Source: an uncultured virus (IMG/VR IMGVR_UViG_3300030107_002792) (Duplodnaviria; Heunggongvirae; Uroviricota; Caudoviricetes; Kyanoviridae). From it: 64,000 nt of DNA. Positions 28,001-32,900 of this stretch are shown here, piece after piece. Where the stretch lies: the IMG/VR virus record IMGVR_UViG_3300030107_002792. One strand, 5' to 3'. Position 1 is the first letter of the stretch. Every line of letters begins with the position of its first letter. The translations under genes were made by a program, and so were the position numbers. The notes beneath the pieces were generated by a model. The model made no database searches. It was not told the origin of the DNA and saw only the letters and a program-made list of their open reading frames with translations.

Positions 28001-28732
28001 GCATCCTTCACAGGATTCTATGTTGGTAAATTGAGACAGTTGGATGATATATCCTTCGAGTTTGACTCCTTACGTCAGTCATTCAACCTCAAGCGTAATG
28101 AAGTGTTCTACTCACTGACTCTAACTGAAGGTGTTCAGTCCAGTACAATTCTTCCAGAAAATAATATCATTTGTTCTCTTAATGGTGTTATTCAGGAACC
28201 AGGCGTAGGTTTCGAGATCGTTGGTTCTAGAATCATCTTCTCTGAGATTCCTCGTGTAGGATCAACATTCGTAGCATTCTCCTACGTTGGTTCTGAGGCA
28301 GACGTTGATGCTGCTGAAGTTGTTCCACCTATCGAACCTGGTGACTTTATTGACATCCAAGGTGAGACTTCAGACAGAGAAGTTGCTGTTATTGAATCTT
28401 CAAACTCTCTAATCACTTATGATTACTTGGGTTCTGTATTCGGTAAAGACGCACAAGGTCAAGCAAATATTACTTCAGGAACTATTGATACTGTTCAGGT
28501 TACATCAGGTGGATCTGGTTATACAACTAGACCAACTGTCAGACTTGATTCTATATCTGGTTTTGATGGTAACGTTAAGGCACTAGTCGGTGTTGCTGGT
28601 GTTGAGATTAATAATACTGGTTCAGGATATCAAACTCCTAACGTTGCAGTTGAAACTGTAGTGGATGATAATTGGACTGCACCCGATCTTTCACTATACG
28701 GTGAAGAAGAGGTAGACCCCGAAACCCCATAA
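4088..28732 (+). CDS. gp7: giant baseplate wedge initiator-like (gp7-like) multidomain virion protein, 8214 aa
   Basis: Lies between gp6 and gp9/gp8. N-terminal 'QTPEFVEQDYPLFNKFLEYYY', 'IKDFYSSKGT...LFKLLYGE' and 'QDSYYYQDFSYAIKS...VHPASFK' are gp7-type motifs. Also GSGY-type repeats, a split YHYH-like domain, a beta-propeller-like region, two LamG/ConA-like domains (~10960-11410, ~16400-16870), helical repeats and a nested repeat array. Confidence 0.8.
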   Translation: MTSINKVSQAVNRQTPEFVEQDYPLFNKFLEYYYQSQEKTGLGQNILNNFLGYLDIDKLDISILDGATKVVESISATDDIIIVESVDQFLENDGSVLIGDEVIYYEKAQAGPNIALSPGVSYDQVKLKWINLASPLMSFDGSRQSFPLTSQDNPIAPPSVQHLIVSNYGKVLIPGTDYSVEGTNIIFTTAPRTRIPADDASSTYITYLNGFNENTIVALDNLSGSFGESKRQFTITRSGARYEPIADEYVLAIYDNRLLTPKVDFFIDGDQFIFLTAPLNGRFLSLFSIEAPIPSFGAGAVGYARISDTGTLTGISISKNGTGYKSEYPPKISINTENGSGASASALVNGLKSIALLEGGQGYSSTNPPVVQVQAPTAVGATAATVSATVTNGAVSALTITNSGSGYTFTPRITFRQPGGAVLGTPTVVNGQITAVSITSSGFGYTTVPTVYIDEPTGTNPIKAAFQAVLSSDGEITSINILNAGQGYTSTPRMAVIDPVGAQVLETTVDNQGRVTNIELLSGGVGYSDVPSVYIVDNRTDATGAYAGGTGAIATASIFNGQITDINISAFGGGYSQSAPPVVVIQAPPAAEASAEIGLNEVTGFTVNQAGSGYQKAQLTGCARAASSITSYTESGNAIFTNNTIASAHAVDEPIKCLDALFVKRLLDKYTEQYLPDVPTLDYSKIDVRTAIKTIKDFYSSKGTSYSIGYLFKLLYGETVSISYPKDQIIKPSAATWSIDTILRATLVSGDPTDIQDGLLTQEADIADLNVKEASALVENYISIRTSQVTIYELVLSEETIAGTFIVPYKTKLAEPLNKTESIITVDSTIGWPERNGEFIIGSSTDTREIVQYKEKSLNQFIECTRSVNGVVEDWDSATEVKSNFNVYINKGTPQEVVMNIVGIVDAQQTTLTDTGSYYLPGDKLTVSKLGGTGTTPELTTWLYNVKKLIEVTSVAFGGINNQSATITCKNDHGLLVGDQVTIYGANPILYNGTFLVTSRDSDTVFQYALPQPATVIPQGNILVSIDLNKGKSTSTAINNAISPYTTNVQNSFFNDNYVYLASTGIPNYNIGPFPGSALLPGNQRKLTRFPKIPTTISTKDLIGAGPIGTWVNGVSVWSYKSSLTKTFGAITSIGITNAGSGYDAASPPAITISGGGGSGATASVVVDGAISEVTVTTGGSDYTSSPLVSIVGGGGSGAAATAIITKGVVSRILINSGGTGYTSQPQITIVGGGGSGAAATASVRGPIKTINVASGGSAYTSKPSVTLSSGSGAVAQAIVQNGRIISIAIISAGSGYTTAPEITIQGDGFGAVARATIDVDGENAGRVTNIEIINRGIGYLQGTTIINLDSVGSSALFSANVFEWTYNLQSTATLDSAKGGVFEGYNNQYGGEYAHLSNPQTLRYILGDNLYESNTGTILEKEDSVVHSPIIGWAFDGNPIYGPYGYSDPTDQGSVITRLSTSYRVKPALIYDAATNPYPVRTDGPLLTDTDSNGTLLYPYGSFVEDYEYVFGLGDLDQYNGRFCKTPDYPTGRYCYFVTIDNTTAGNPEFPYVLGPSFNSVVDKWNLSTSAVQQNIPTGVVRYRDPYENVDIDVSRAPNVSTNALTTESGDIILFEVEDEDRSGVIDQIETDDPDQMFEESPLQLFDYFPKVTFDSKVDIEVETITKFEDASVNGFTIENPGINYQVNDRLEFDNTGTDGTGVSARVSRIKGEAVESYSFENISGENFGVLKTTEPHNLVIGDSVFVTYNPIMNNTNKTFTVRQFKGIEEIVINQTGSGYNSDIPPTITIDSATGSGGELQAVVTTVGAIETVNIINSGSGYTTNPRVILSHPQVFKKADYYVSKIDNNNYVKVNDVVINENKEIFICGKTKDTNGNEIGFVSKLSATGVKEWEKNLELTGGGQYCEFQKLYVDGNDVWVVGNNRPNSNLLDSYNPDIILAKYTQASNGLSATLGFQKGYAGISGSTRSDSVTAITKLSDTRFVIGGYTNTNSTNPFDAYIALIDTTGNFALKRKVAGTTTSEKITGLVVNAGNVYFSVESAASPNATAIDLGLGKATIGTSAISIDYVKTYSNTSYSFLDSSICIDEFNEIYLTATCRLKANNTTKNSFWVGKTDIDGNLIWNYRYQIPNESGTEYAIQAVSKTAIDVFGDLNVGVTLTSGINGLKTARSFKIGYSGNLKEHSSNLFNLNNVEGVTINSLDVDNSGDVHLYGQSSWNRNEFLLPFTGGATTDTTGHYTPTIVTTGGSLSYENTVQGGYAKILGSQLASPTVWENAYIKFPAADLGTKLGDDWTIEFFLYRDSSNSNVFSQNEETLISIGDATVTTGGLWLYFEISTGKIGLAVTNNTTALNAGSAQLSTATTIYATNTWQTIGLKKEGNIFTVYSNGIQVIQSTVPDTSLGSKDLVIGNISGRSGTLNNWRSNEQGQYHVDNLRLRNRAVTPTVPSDIGVLPLAGAFSIGYNWEDDAWFTTNLNKFDYIDYTGIGIKVDKNADAARVGTYTERTNTKLGFIRADEIGTTITPTSLTVVTTGFALADAGFQGLDFDDATITMAQDTETMTYTQDVWSSRTATVPSPGSQKLSVSAVVKDKYYFKVTNTIKIDNVQELTLNQAFNFTTGTKLRLNNDAGTFVNSGYIIRQDTTNNKIYLAINNNAWSNDLNTGNLVTEQFSEQSTYGIVGPIPADVNEIVGYTFAQVNNTTPGTFDIDLDDYNLSGTGYNAGGGQDLDSYAKFKPYSDNDYSVRIDEVTTGSPYIVGSVINITDSNISYNAAYSTAQITGLTAVTKITLVANLTKILQVSAVSNSDEVYVITGTSHYLSAGEMIYVDGNPTENSLDEYDGAFAVNSVVSPLEFTYKLKQVATTSPATSAGSVNIFVKSPVLKMYYGHQYIFDMSHSSLLGGNLSFSKDNLYKLEYSFNSIERTGTPGVSGEGVPTPIVKLKVDDNILTNISYYFDPSRIGADSPINPSSYLDVTNSPYKGTFSISSVAGATITRGADTFKFPLLDEPEGAAEVSQTTYSTSSVKAVGSISDVRIVNSGGFYTRLPIVSSITSTRQIERVAIEDPGTEYANGVYNAVPIAGNGEGGLVEITVADGLDSEGVTIPGQIQAVTVTSPGKNYTTASIDIEAIPGILGAGLTGSGAKLTVVIPNAGTQASIFTKADKVGKIKKLKNNNFGYDYPHDYTLRPEISFPINAQLTSTSILSSITVTNPGSGYSQAPAVVITGGGGSGATAESSIKNGRLDIIIVKDPGAGYSSTPTVSLKSSFNYVVNLDLGLLQFAFPHGITNGAAVTLNVVDTGDGADFPLAAGAVGRLNGTTTYYAISGAANSLENDQLKLALTAANAELGDALSFVNAGEGRQQVLTESFGGSATANVITSTFLEGELVYQGDSLDTATATGYVSTNQGWQIGPRILKIVDYTGTFAETQKVTGVISKSSGTISDLNIARGVLEIGSITKTTGQFIDDVGKPSEIIQKIQDSYYYQDFSYAIKSAVSISEWKEILIKNVHPASFKVFGELNLSDYGFIPNKDTDFQLTKSVELAREAIVPNIQSFALVEPIYSEFNNTEVLFRQKRLTSSENILTSVVQRIDDISGQFDGEKIAFPLTVDGNTVVANANQLMIVLNGIVQNPGTAFEIQGDSIVFSEPPQPPASVKYVNIKISQIAIVSNTFTNQSGIFPSPGNVLTGTNSGAKLTVTSVVGDTIFGFITEGTFIAAENVTVSATGFSANLDVQSNVSNIGLFQYGEQVKNLTNDTAKVEQINLQRGLENALAQLRYTVGPSTTSIEVVPDGSTTDGPVPAGTFTTSTSYQLGSEVVTVTNIVDGNDSTTLTVSRGQNGTVAVSHQEDFPIYGTVIAVTDELTLSKTAGTYKSTPGLFDIQLNDVIIGAKSGVVARVTQTSAYQDPTTQEFISQVNISEGSSFFGLLMNRISSTSYPNIVLDDISKSQVSVVQYTDNTTAFNSQFPANEQLNNIVVPYDNLVGGPIQENETIRNYKLKYGGNTGEFIAGEGARARKLSYINPKGDGFFAKGQVLRTQDTKAEVLGFNQADQVIYLGKVGRTKANGQDYHIPSFSNSAQLDTTVKYYGTASLQLAAATNDYVTIPSSSEFAFGTGAFTIDLMLRPAASSISGTATILDMRASAANEVAGRLYLQAGQVRWNVNNADIVTSGATALTADTWVYVSIMKSGTTTKILLNGVEAGTATDNTTYVAKPIRLGSDYAGANSLTGFIDELRVSNTNRHQTIPFTPQNGIWQGDANTKLLLHFDGADAQTWTEDWSGAEGFTAGEDFNNDAIIASTRSSNATPGGFTGNTQRYYDAADLILLNKEFLAQEVVYILKERHPHHTVKGSEVDCEDDVRDVLDAIISDLRNGTNNKIWDASSYYVDRTSSPIVLKFVSNEVDEVVYTYDKLEEMLKYIVNNTLWDVQGDHGLVQKTDSTITEASGLTTQTFQPTAAAYDAESGYMVLTASGHGMRAERGITATGAGYTATTGVLQLTVATTTFSVSTATYDHTTGVMVITIGSHSLTTNDNIRIATGGITFSCNNGGVSTGAYPRANGANTESGADYAYDRWLPILAVGATTITVNVNGGKGAISHAFAHTYSTSSAGCITAGHGLNDGDRIKFDPNSLVMNCTSDGNTVNQSYPRPDDPAAQGWLEVTANTGTTFDVNVGKSPTVNYTASAGTYDADTGFLTMNIGQHNLRTSRKYTATNADYTASSGAMKITIGDNIDVHDASYVAKNGLLKLNIGHHNFKQGSLVKIAPNSLFFTCSMDDHQSVHAYPRSSDPVYNDDIEVIDITDDTITVDVGTSPEVSYTPTGATYNTSTGDMVLTIGAHSLAAGTSIRLLDESIAFSCSFGSGGTSSYPRPTVDTKNVQTASYNPQSGILSVTTTAAHNLTGPTAKNVTDATYNASTGILQLESAGHGFSLGDKIRIKDDALVFTCTKDGNATNHTYPRSTDPVSGQWLTIVAKATDTIDLQVGASKIGLNEFAHTWAGGTASNAIEKANDVIKIVDESLTFTCAMDNNGTNHLYPRSTDPISGRWLIIENVASTTFDVQVLDNAPSTNTSAHTFVTATTGAIQAKRDPAQGTALPITAVGATTITVNVTPVTSYSSTTHTFQSASQGAVKVGGDYTHKFVDAASGAIIPNHGFYTGDRIMFEEGSLVFTCGMDSDATRHAYPRESDPFYNKWLPISSVTTNTFNVNVGTTTNTQFTPTGGTYDGTTGKLGITIGAHTLEVGQHIKIATGGISFTCAMDGGTAVKAYPRATDPADGVTLPILERTDTTITVDVGQSPYVYFDVSAATYNPTSGVMVLTIGDHGLTANTSIRLKDNSLTFSCDNGGVGTGTYPRSSNDYVYQKAINIDSVTDTTITINVNGGQGAITNTNAHTFVSALPGAVIAGGAWAHTYSTAASNAISVGGNYTHNFKSATPGGIVRAGETIRIAKDGISFKCSQDGYQTIHSYPRTDDPGYNTSLPIYNDGTSYTASNAAYNASTGEMVITINSHGFTTSDQIRIENNSLTFTCVKDSNTSIHSYPRDNDPYVRRWLRVSAVTENTFTVNVGKASSSTQQYAHTFASAAKNGITKRDNTVTVNVGATPTKSFTPTASTYNPSTGALALTIGSHSLPAPTTHTPTDVAYNPTTGIMTLTINGHNFSNGEKVKIADGGLKLSCAFGGASGGAAQKDYPRSTDPISGKWIPISGVTTNTFDVQVLDVIPSTNTDTHSFVSAVTGCVSKANSTVKIAENSLVYKCAEDSNATEHAYPRSNVATHTAGPGTNYNPVTGVLKLSVPTESHTPSTATYNPTTGDMVLTLDSTSGTFNVSNATYNTSTGDMVLTIGSHSLTTSNRIKLKEGSLKFACNFANDNYQTAKAYPRASGANTTNGADYAYNTFLPITAADATTITVNVNGGQGAISNNNQHNFLTADAGAVIVGHGLEVGDRIKIADESLTFSCDNGGVGNGSYPRSSNDYVYRKWIRIRAVTGTTITVNVNGGQGAITNTNAHTFVSATANCITSGHGMTNGSPIKIADSSLSFSCTEGSGGTYAYPRATDPVSKRWLFINNVTDSSFDVNVLDTIPSTNVTTHTWISAVANGIIEGDPIVGQAVPVESVTSTTITINPLDGDVPTNTSAHTFEKLNTYQFQPSAITYTPSTGVMSVTSTAHKIEENDKIFIKDNSLSFKCNMGDDAGIHTYPRESDPVSNKWITATNVTANTFDVNVGATPNIFFTPSDATYNPTTGIMSLTIGNHDLRPGSSVKLSQESLTFKCAHDSYATNHSYPRNTILTHTPTDADYHPDTGIMTLTVNNHKMGDGDWVKIADGAVTFKCTYGAGVHTWTGGTATGAVQVQEAGLGNFDVTGADYNALTGDMVLTVGSHSITTGNTVKIVANSLTFSCDLDANATNHTYPRATDPAYDTALAISAVSGTTITVNVGVSSPGTAYPRASDPVSGKWIKVSNTTTNTFDVQLLDIVPSTNTSIHTFVSAVTNGISQKKDSAYDSPIEIVDTTATTIDLKVVKKLPSTNTTNHIFVSAASNAVISGGSYTHTFVTADPDAITRSIVHTGGNYNHVFTSSLTDGVITGGNYVHTFVSAETNGIKCAGDSVYLTPGSLTFKCAQDNYDRPTAYPRTTDPSYNQLLEIKEVTGDTFTIDVGAAADKNQYAHTWVSSAQGAVKKSDYNLRDCTDVFTTVGNLVDILTDTLTNANATPVVDHLASVTKVTPPYKFYGATVDAFNETPFPVSYHSSANDIIVTNQIDEDTQYRFRDAAYLIRANAGVIVDKASYDMLQRYPDLAISMPRNANGTSTDGTVRCKQDLLEIVTAIATDLENGGNLQTLKAAKFYIGVNGGLQHIRLQVFQSAYAHTRLGVYLKQAITGDLTYDNTDNIIVRDWGITDNSSSGNCANVQTAIDTLITSVNDLIAPTDSDYALAADRLYFNKDFIAEEITGLTTAYFTYALNGVNYSALTYPGSTGETTCRRDLKLILDGIISDLQTGGNESTIIAMETYLSATLQIEQVDDELAATIYAIDRLRHIGEFAIKDKVFSQNEGSGAADEYEAVHTNRAEYRDGLSATNNILNPVYHYRDLCDIAINILAPGGKAARSAVKQLKYNQNYYKEELTTLVNSQFGAGSWTYNTFIDEMVGNTVHDIITTDFNKTRIAYTIQLSNTFNEYVAGETVVSSNNGKATVLEWNSDEEILYVSSWTGNKFEPTQILIGADSNAYGTVAANGVSAPYTWYTEPANLKAINSARLITSNIAGQIAGTNIASNSENFTTGWTNTGTSVSADQLDSPDSTATADKIIATAVAGEHFIHQNFSISAFETFDSDAVKFDNTNETFDTGAVGTAQSQQYTFSVFLKKGEFNRVRVQMGLDTGAAGEQLAFFDLNLTDGTFGGIFTPGNGITIDAFGTIPYGNGWYRAYITGTFSFGFGEIRPLIYVRDAAGNAQYTGDGSSGVYVWGMKLFKGILDPYQSAAGQVFYADTEYNIKTYALDLLQDYMIKALTGSLISPSTNSGFYSYFDNTLDTDYKYRSIERLVRYNLNIIREQLTVDSYYTTLTTTNGVSIPTKTYGTRSIPAGITGGLQNSIYVYGLQSDANAEIEEISENSGKVVQVYQRFRIDGDITDGPFTMNEVVAKLGNNSITGVVYGYHFDENYKYLDVKVTAGPWAVTDQVVGATNSTTAQISAIEDRLHIIDVKGQFENDIPFKGYASSATASPTGYIKAEASITDNTGGTLTVDTESLTGTFEATSVVYPSSSRQYIDVSKYAGLDITVGDRIASGGYKRFGISVLSGLNSFTQGNRLYKVVSGIQDPLTYGIITEVDLDNSYIYVAEYQGTFTQGDVIGDYGTNASFPIGYATILTIVTTQGAAAGLVQDIRDIALNKRIYLTDVAGTFDDKDYIIGPDAYRSVVLGITEIKARVKRSFKGFDGTTTTFPLTINTGTSYLPDPAGHMLIFLNGILQPPGATNAYTAFSNQIQFTEAPELGASFTGFYVGKLRQLDDISFEFDSLRQSFNLKRNEVFYSLTLTEGVQSSTILPENNIICSLNGVIQEPGVGFEIVGSRIIFSEIPRVGSTFVAFSYVGSEADVDAAEVVPPIEPGDFIDIQGETSDREVAVIESSNSLITYDYLGSVFGKDAQGQANITSGTIDTVQVTSGGSGYTTRPTVRLDSISGFDGNVKALVGVAGVEINNTGSGYQTPNVAVETVVDDNWTAPDLSLYGEEEVDPETP
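17420..24085 (+). repeat. array of 21 nested ~105-aa modules (YNPxTG..H / FxC..YPR..DP..TITVNV / HTFVSA) within the gp7-like ORF
   Basis: 21 A-segments, 21 Cys+YPR segments and 21 H-x-[FWY] segments counted by hand in aa 4445-6666. Confidence 0.9.
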
Positions 28733-28735
28733 ATA
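28729..28735 (+). promoter_or_regulatory. late promoter motif (ATAAATA) overlapping the gp7 stop codon
   Basis: CATAAATAAC about 23 nt upstream of ATG 28758. Confidence 0.65.
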
Positions 28736-28757
28736 ACTAAAAAAATAGTAGTGAGTA

Positions 28758-29984
28758 ATGGCTAAACAACTATTAAGTCTTGGTACTAATGCTAACGACA
28801 ACACGGGGGATACTCTCCGTGCTGGCGGTGATAAAGTTAATGACAATTTCAATGAACTATATACTGCTCTAGGTAATGGTACAGATTTAACCATTAGTCT
28901 CGCTTCTGCAGGTAGTGGTCAGGTATTACGTTATAATGGAACAAACTTTGTTGCTTCCGATTATTTAAATCTAACATCTGCTTTAGATGTTAATAGTAAC
29001 TCAATCATATCATCTTCCAATGGTAATATTAATATTGCTCCTAATGGAACTGGTAATGTAACTATTGGTAATGGTAGTATTACTAATACCTTTAACGGAA
29101 CTGATGGAACGATTGATTTTCCAACTAAAGTAAAATATAAAAATGAATTCAGCACACTTGCTGGTGCTCCTGCTGCTGCAACATACACAGGATATTTCTT
29201 TACAGTTGATGGTGATGACAACCCATATGTAAACATTAATATTACTGCTGGTGGTGCTGGTGATGTGCAAGCAAAAGTTTTAACACAGTATTCTAGTGTT
29301 GATCTTTTAAAAGATATTGATATTACTACTGCAGCACCTACTGAGGGACAAGTTCTAAAGTGGAGTGTTAGTGGAGGTAAATTTGTTCCTGGTGATGATG
29401 CTGCTGGTGCTAGTCAACAAAACCTATGGGCAACTTTTGGTGGTGATACTGGTACAACAAGTGCTAATACTACAACAGATACATTAACCATTGCTGGTGG
29501 AACTAATATTGCAACAGCAGTATCTGGTGATACACTCACAGTAAACTTTGATGGTACACTTGTTACAACATTAGCATCTTTAACGGACGTTGATGTTTCT
29601 AGTGTTGTTCAAGGTGATTCTTTATTTTGGAATGGAACTCAATGGACTAAAACAAGAAGTCCTATTACATGGTGGGAGTTAGGTTCTAACGGAAGCACAG
29701 ACTATACTTTTGATGGACCTGGATTTGCTTCTGCAACTAATGACCCAACTCTTTATGTGCATAGAGGTTTTACCTATGCTTTTGATAATACTACAATGGG
29801 TGGTGCTCATCCATTTAGAGTACAGAGCACACAGGGTTTAACTGGAACTCCATATACTGCTGGTCAATCTGGTAGTGGAACTAGTGTTCTCTATTGGACT
29901 GTTCCTATGGATGCTCCAACAACACTGTATTATCAGTGTACACTCCATGCATCAATGCAAGGACAAATTAACGTTGTAAGTTGA
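28758..29984 (+). CDS. baseplate/tail-fibre connector-like protein (gp9-like N-terminus) with C-terminal cupredoxin-like domain
   Basis: N-terminal 'MAKQLLSLGTNANDNTGDTLRAGGDKVNDNFNELY' is the gp9/gp10-type motif; C-terminal 'AHPF...LYYQCTLHASMQG'. Confidence 0.75.
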   Translation: MAKQLLSLGTNANDNTGDTLRAGGDKVNDNFNELYTALGNGTDLTISLASAGSGQVLRYNGTNFVASDYLNLTSALDVNSNSIISSSNGNINIAPNGTGNVTIGNGSITNTFNGTDGTIDFPTKVKYKNEFSTLAGAPAAATYTGYFFTVDGDDNPYVNINITAGGAGDVQAKVLTQYSSVDLLKDIDITTAAPTEGQVLKWSVSGGKFVPGDDAAGASQQNLWATFGGDTGTTSANTTTDTLTIAGGTNIATAVSGDTLTVNFDGTLVTTLASLTDVDVSSVVQGDSLFWNGTQWTKTRSPITWWELGSNGSTDYTFDGPGFASATNDPTLYVHRGFTYAFDNTTMGGAHPFRVQSTQGLTGTPYTAGQSGSGTSVLYWTVPMDAPTTLYYQCTLHASMQGQINVVS

Positions 29985-29989
29985 TATAA

Positions 29990-32900
29990 ATGGCAAGAAC
30001 TGTTCCTGGATCTGGTGCTGTAATTAACCCAATTTTCGATGAGACTTTTGGTGTTCGTGCAGTAGAAGTATTAAAAGGGGGATCTGGATACTCGGTATCC
30101 GACCCACCTAAACTTTCTGTGACTGGATGTGGAACTCCAGATGTAGAGGCATTATTATATCCAATTATCGATTCTGATTCAGGAAAGATTATACATGTTA
30201 GGGTTCTGAATAGAGGTAGTGGATATGATCCTTTACGTTTACAAATTATCCCACAAGGAGAAACTCCTAATGTTGTAACATCATTTGATTTCAATAGAAT
30301 ATGGCAAACGCATCCTAACTCTACAACTACTGGTGCTTTTTCAGGAACTACTGATAGATTATTAATTGCATCAGACAATCATCCAAAACCTACTTGGACT
30401 CAAGCAGAGGCAGCACCAGGTGGTGGTCCTTTAGTTGATAGAACATTTAATCAAACCTTTGTTTTTAGAGGTGGTAAAGACGTTCCTAATAATGGTACTA
30501 GAGAAAATCAACAAGATAAGGTTGTAGGTATTTTAGCAAATGGTGGATTACTTCATACTCCTGAATGGGGTCCAGATGGTAATGCTCCTCCAGGACATTC
30601 TATTGATGCAGTTAAAAATAATTACGTTAAATCTAATGATGTATATGATGTTGTTACTGAAAACAATATCAAATATTATCATTCAAACAAACTTATTAAT
30701 GAATGGGAATTAAAAAATGGTGTATTTGATTGGGGATTATTAAGACCATTTACTTGGAATATTAAAGTTGAATACGATAATATAATGTTGCAAGTTACTG
30801 ATGTTGATGAAACATTAGGAACTATTACTGTTGGTAGATTAGTTGATGAAATTGCTGGAAATGCTAGAGGTGAAATTGCTAAAGTTGTTAGAAATAATCA
30901 AAACGTAGTTACTAGAATATATCTAAGAGACCTTTCTACATCTGCATCATTCTCTCAAGGTGACGGGTGTTTAGGATCTAACGGGTTTAATTTTAAAATT
31001 CAAGAAGTTCCTTTAGCATTTCCAACTGGGGTATTCTATATTGATTTTGGTACAGAAGCAAGTGAGTTTGGTTCATTTACTCCAGGAACCTATTATATGG
31101 CTCCTGAGAATATTAAAGTTCAAAGAAATTATTTGATTATTTGGAATCAATCTGATAGTTCTAATAGTCAAGGTGCTCAAGGGCATCCAATGAGATTTAG
31201 TACAACTCCAGATGGTCCTTTGAATCAAACTCCTGGTACACTTTATTATAAGAGCACTGGAGTAACAGAAGCACCTGCGGCTGATTATGAAAATGAATAT
31301 CAACCGCTATTCATTATGAATCAGGATGAATCAGCAAGAATTTATTACCATTGTGCTTACCATACACATATGTCTGGTTACACTGGTGATGAAGGATATA
31401 TGATTTTTGATTCAACAGTTGATAACGATCCAAGACCAAATACTTATTATACTGATAATTTTTATCAAAGTGATTCAAACAATCCTGCGACTATTGATCG
31501 TTCAAGACATACAGATGGACATTCTAAGATTCTTGGTATGTCATTTGATGGATATCCCATTTATGGTCCTTATGGATATCTTTTAGGTGGTACTAGTATT
31601 ATAACTACTACCCCCAGTTTAAGTTACTATGGTGGTCTTTTCTATCAGGTTGGTGATGGTTACCCAACTGTTGCTCAAACTGGATCTGGATCTGGTGCTG
31701 TTGTTAATATAACAGCAATTGGTACTTATCAGACTGGTGGTATTGAGACAATTACTATAGCTGAAGGTGGAAGTGGATACGCTGTTGGTGATAAAATTAG
31801 AATCCTTCATAAGTATGATGGAGCATTTGTATCTGGATATACGCATAGTTCTTGGAATGCTAATGGAGATAGAACTGAAGGAGTGTATGGTGAAGTTGGC
31901 ACTGCGTCTGAATTCACAGTTCAAGCTTCATGGACTTCTGCTAATGGTATTGGTGGTAAACCTAAAGTTACTGTTGCTGCTGATGGTTCTGTAACTGGTT
32001 TTACTATGGGTGGCAATGGACCTGAGGCGATACCTGGACCAGATGGTAATATGGGATATAATTATGTCGAAGATGAGGAGATTACTATTCCTGGTAATTA
32101 CATTGGTGGATCTACTCCTGCAGGTGATATACTAGTCAGAGTTGCTTGGGCTACTAATGATGATAGTGGAGTTGCTACTATTACTGCTATAGGTGCAGGG
32201 GTTGGTAAAGAAACTTCAGGATATCGTTTAAAAACATCTTTAGAATTAGCTGGTAATAGACCTGCAGTTACAACAGCAAGTACGGTAACTTATACAGTCA
32301 CTTCTTCTAATGGAAAATATCTCTTCGATGGAGCTTCTCCATCATTCTTAAATCTAGAACGTGGTAAAACTTATGTCTTTAACTTAAATAGTGCTACTAA
32401 TGATAGTCAGCAATTATTGATAGGAATAAATGAAGATGGTTGGCATAGTCAAAACCCTGTTGTAATTGGAGATACTACACAGTTATTTGGTGGACCAGGT
32501 ATCACTTATACTATAGATGGTGCTACAGTATCATACACTGGTTATCTAACTGGATTTAACGGAGCAACGACAAGATCAATTACGTTCCAAGTTCCTGCAA
32601 CTGCACCAGCAGCATTGTACTTGTTTGCATATACAACTGCTGATTATGGACTTAGAACTGTTCAAGATGGATATATTTTAGGAGATTTAATTGATGATAA
32701 TATATTTGATGAATCTGTTCTTTGGGATAGTGGAACTGCTTATGTTATAGGTGAGACTGTAAAAAACTCATCTGATGTAATATACGAAGCAACTGCTGCT
32801 ATTAATAGTGGAGGATCACAACCTGTTCATACTACTGGAACTACTAGTAATTGGAAGTTCCTTGGAAAGAAAGGATCTTTGGATGCTTATAATGGTAAAT

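Noticed and set aside
28758..29984. Calling this gene a plastocyanin (petE) auxiliary gene
   Set aside because: The copper-ligand motif is the C-terminal domain of a fibre/baseplate-type protein with no signal peptide, and its loop spacing is shorter than plastocyanin's.
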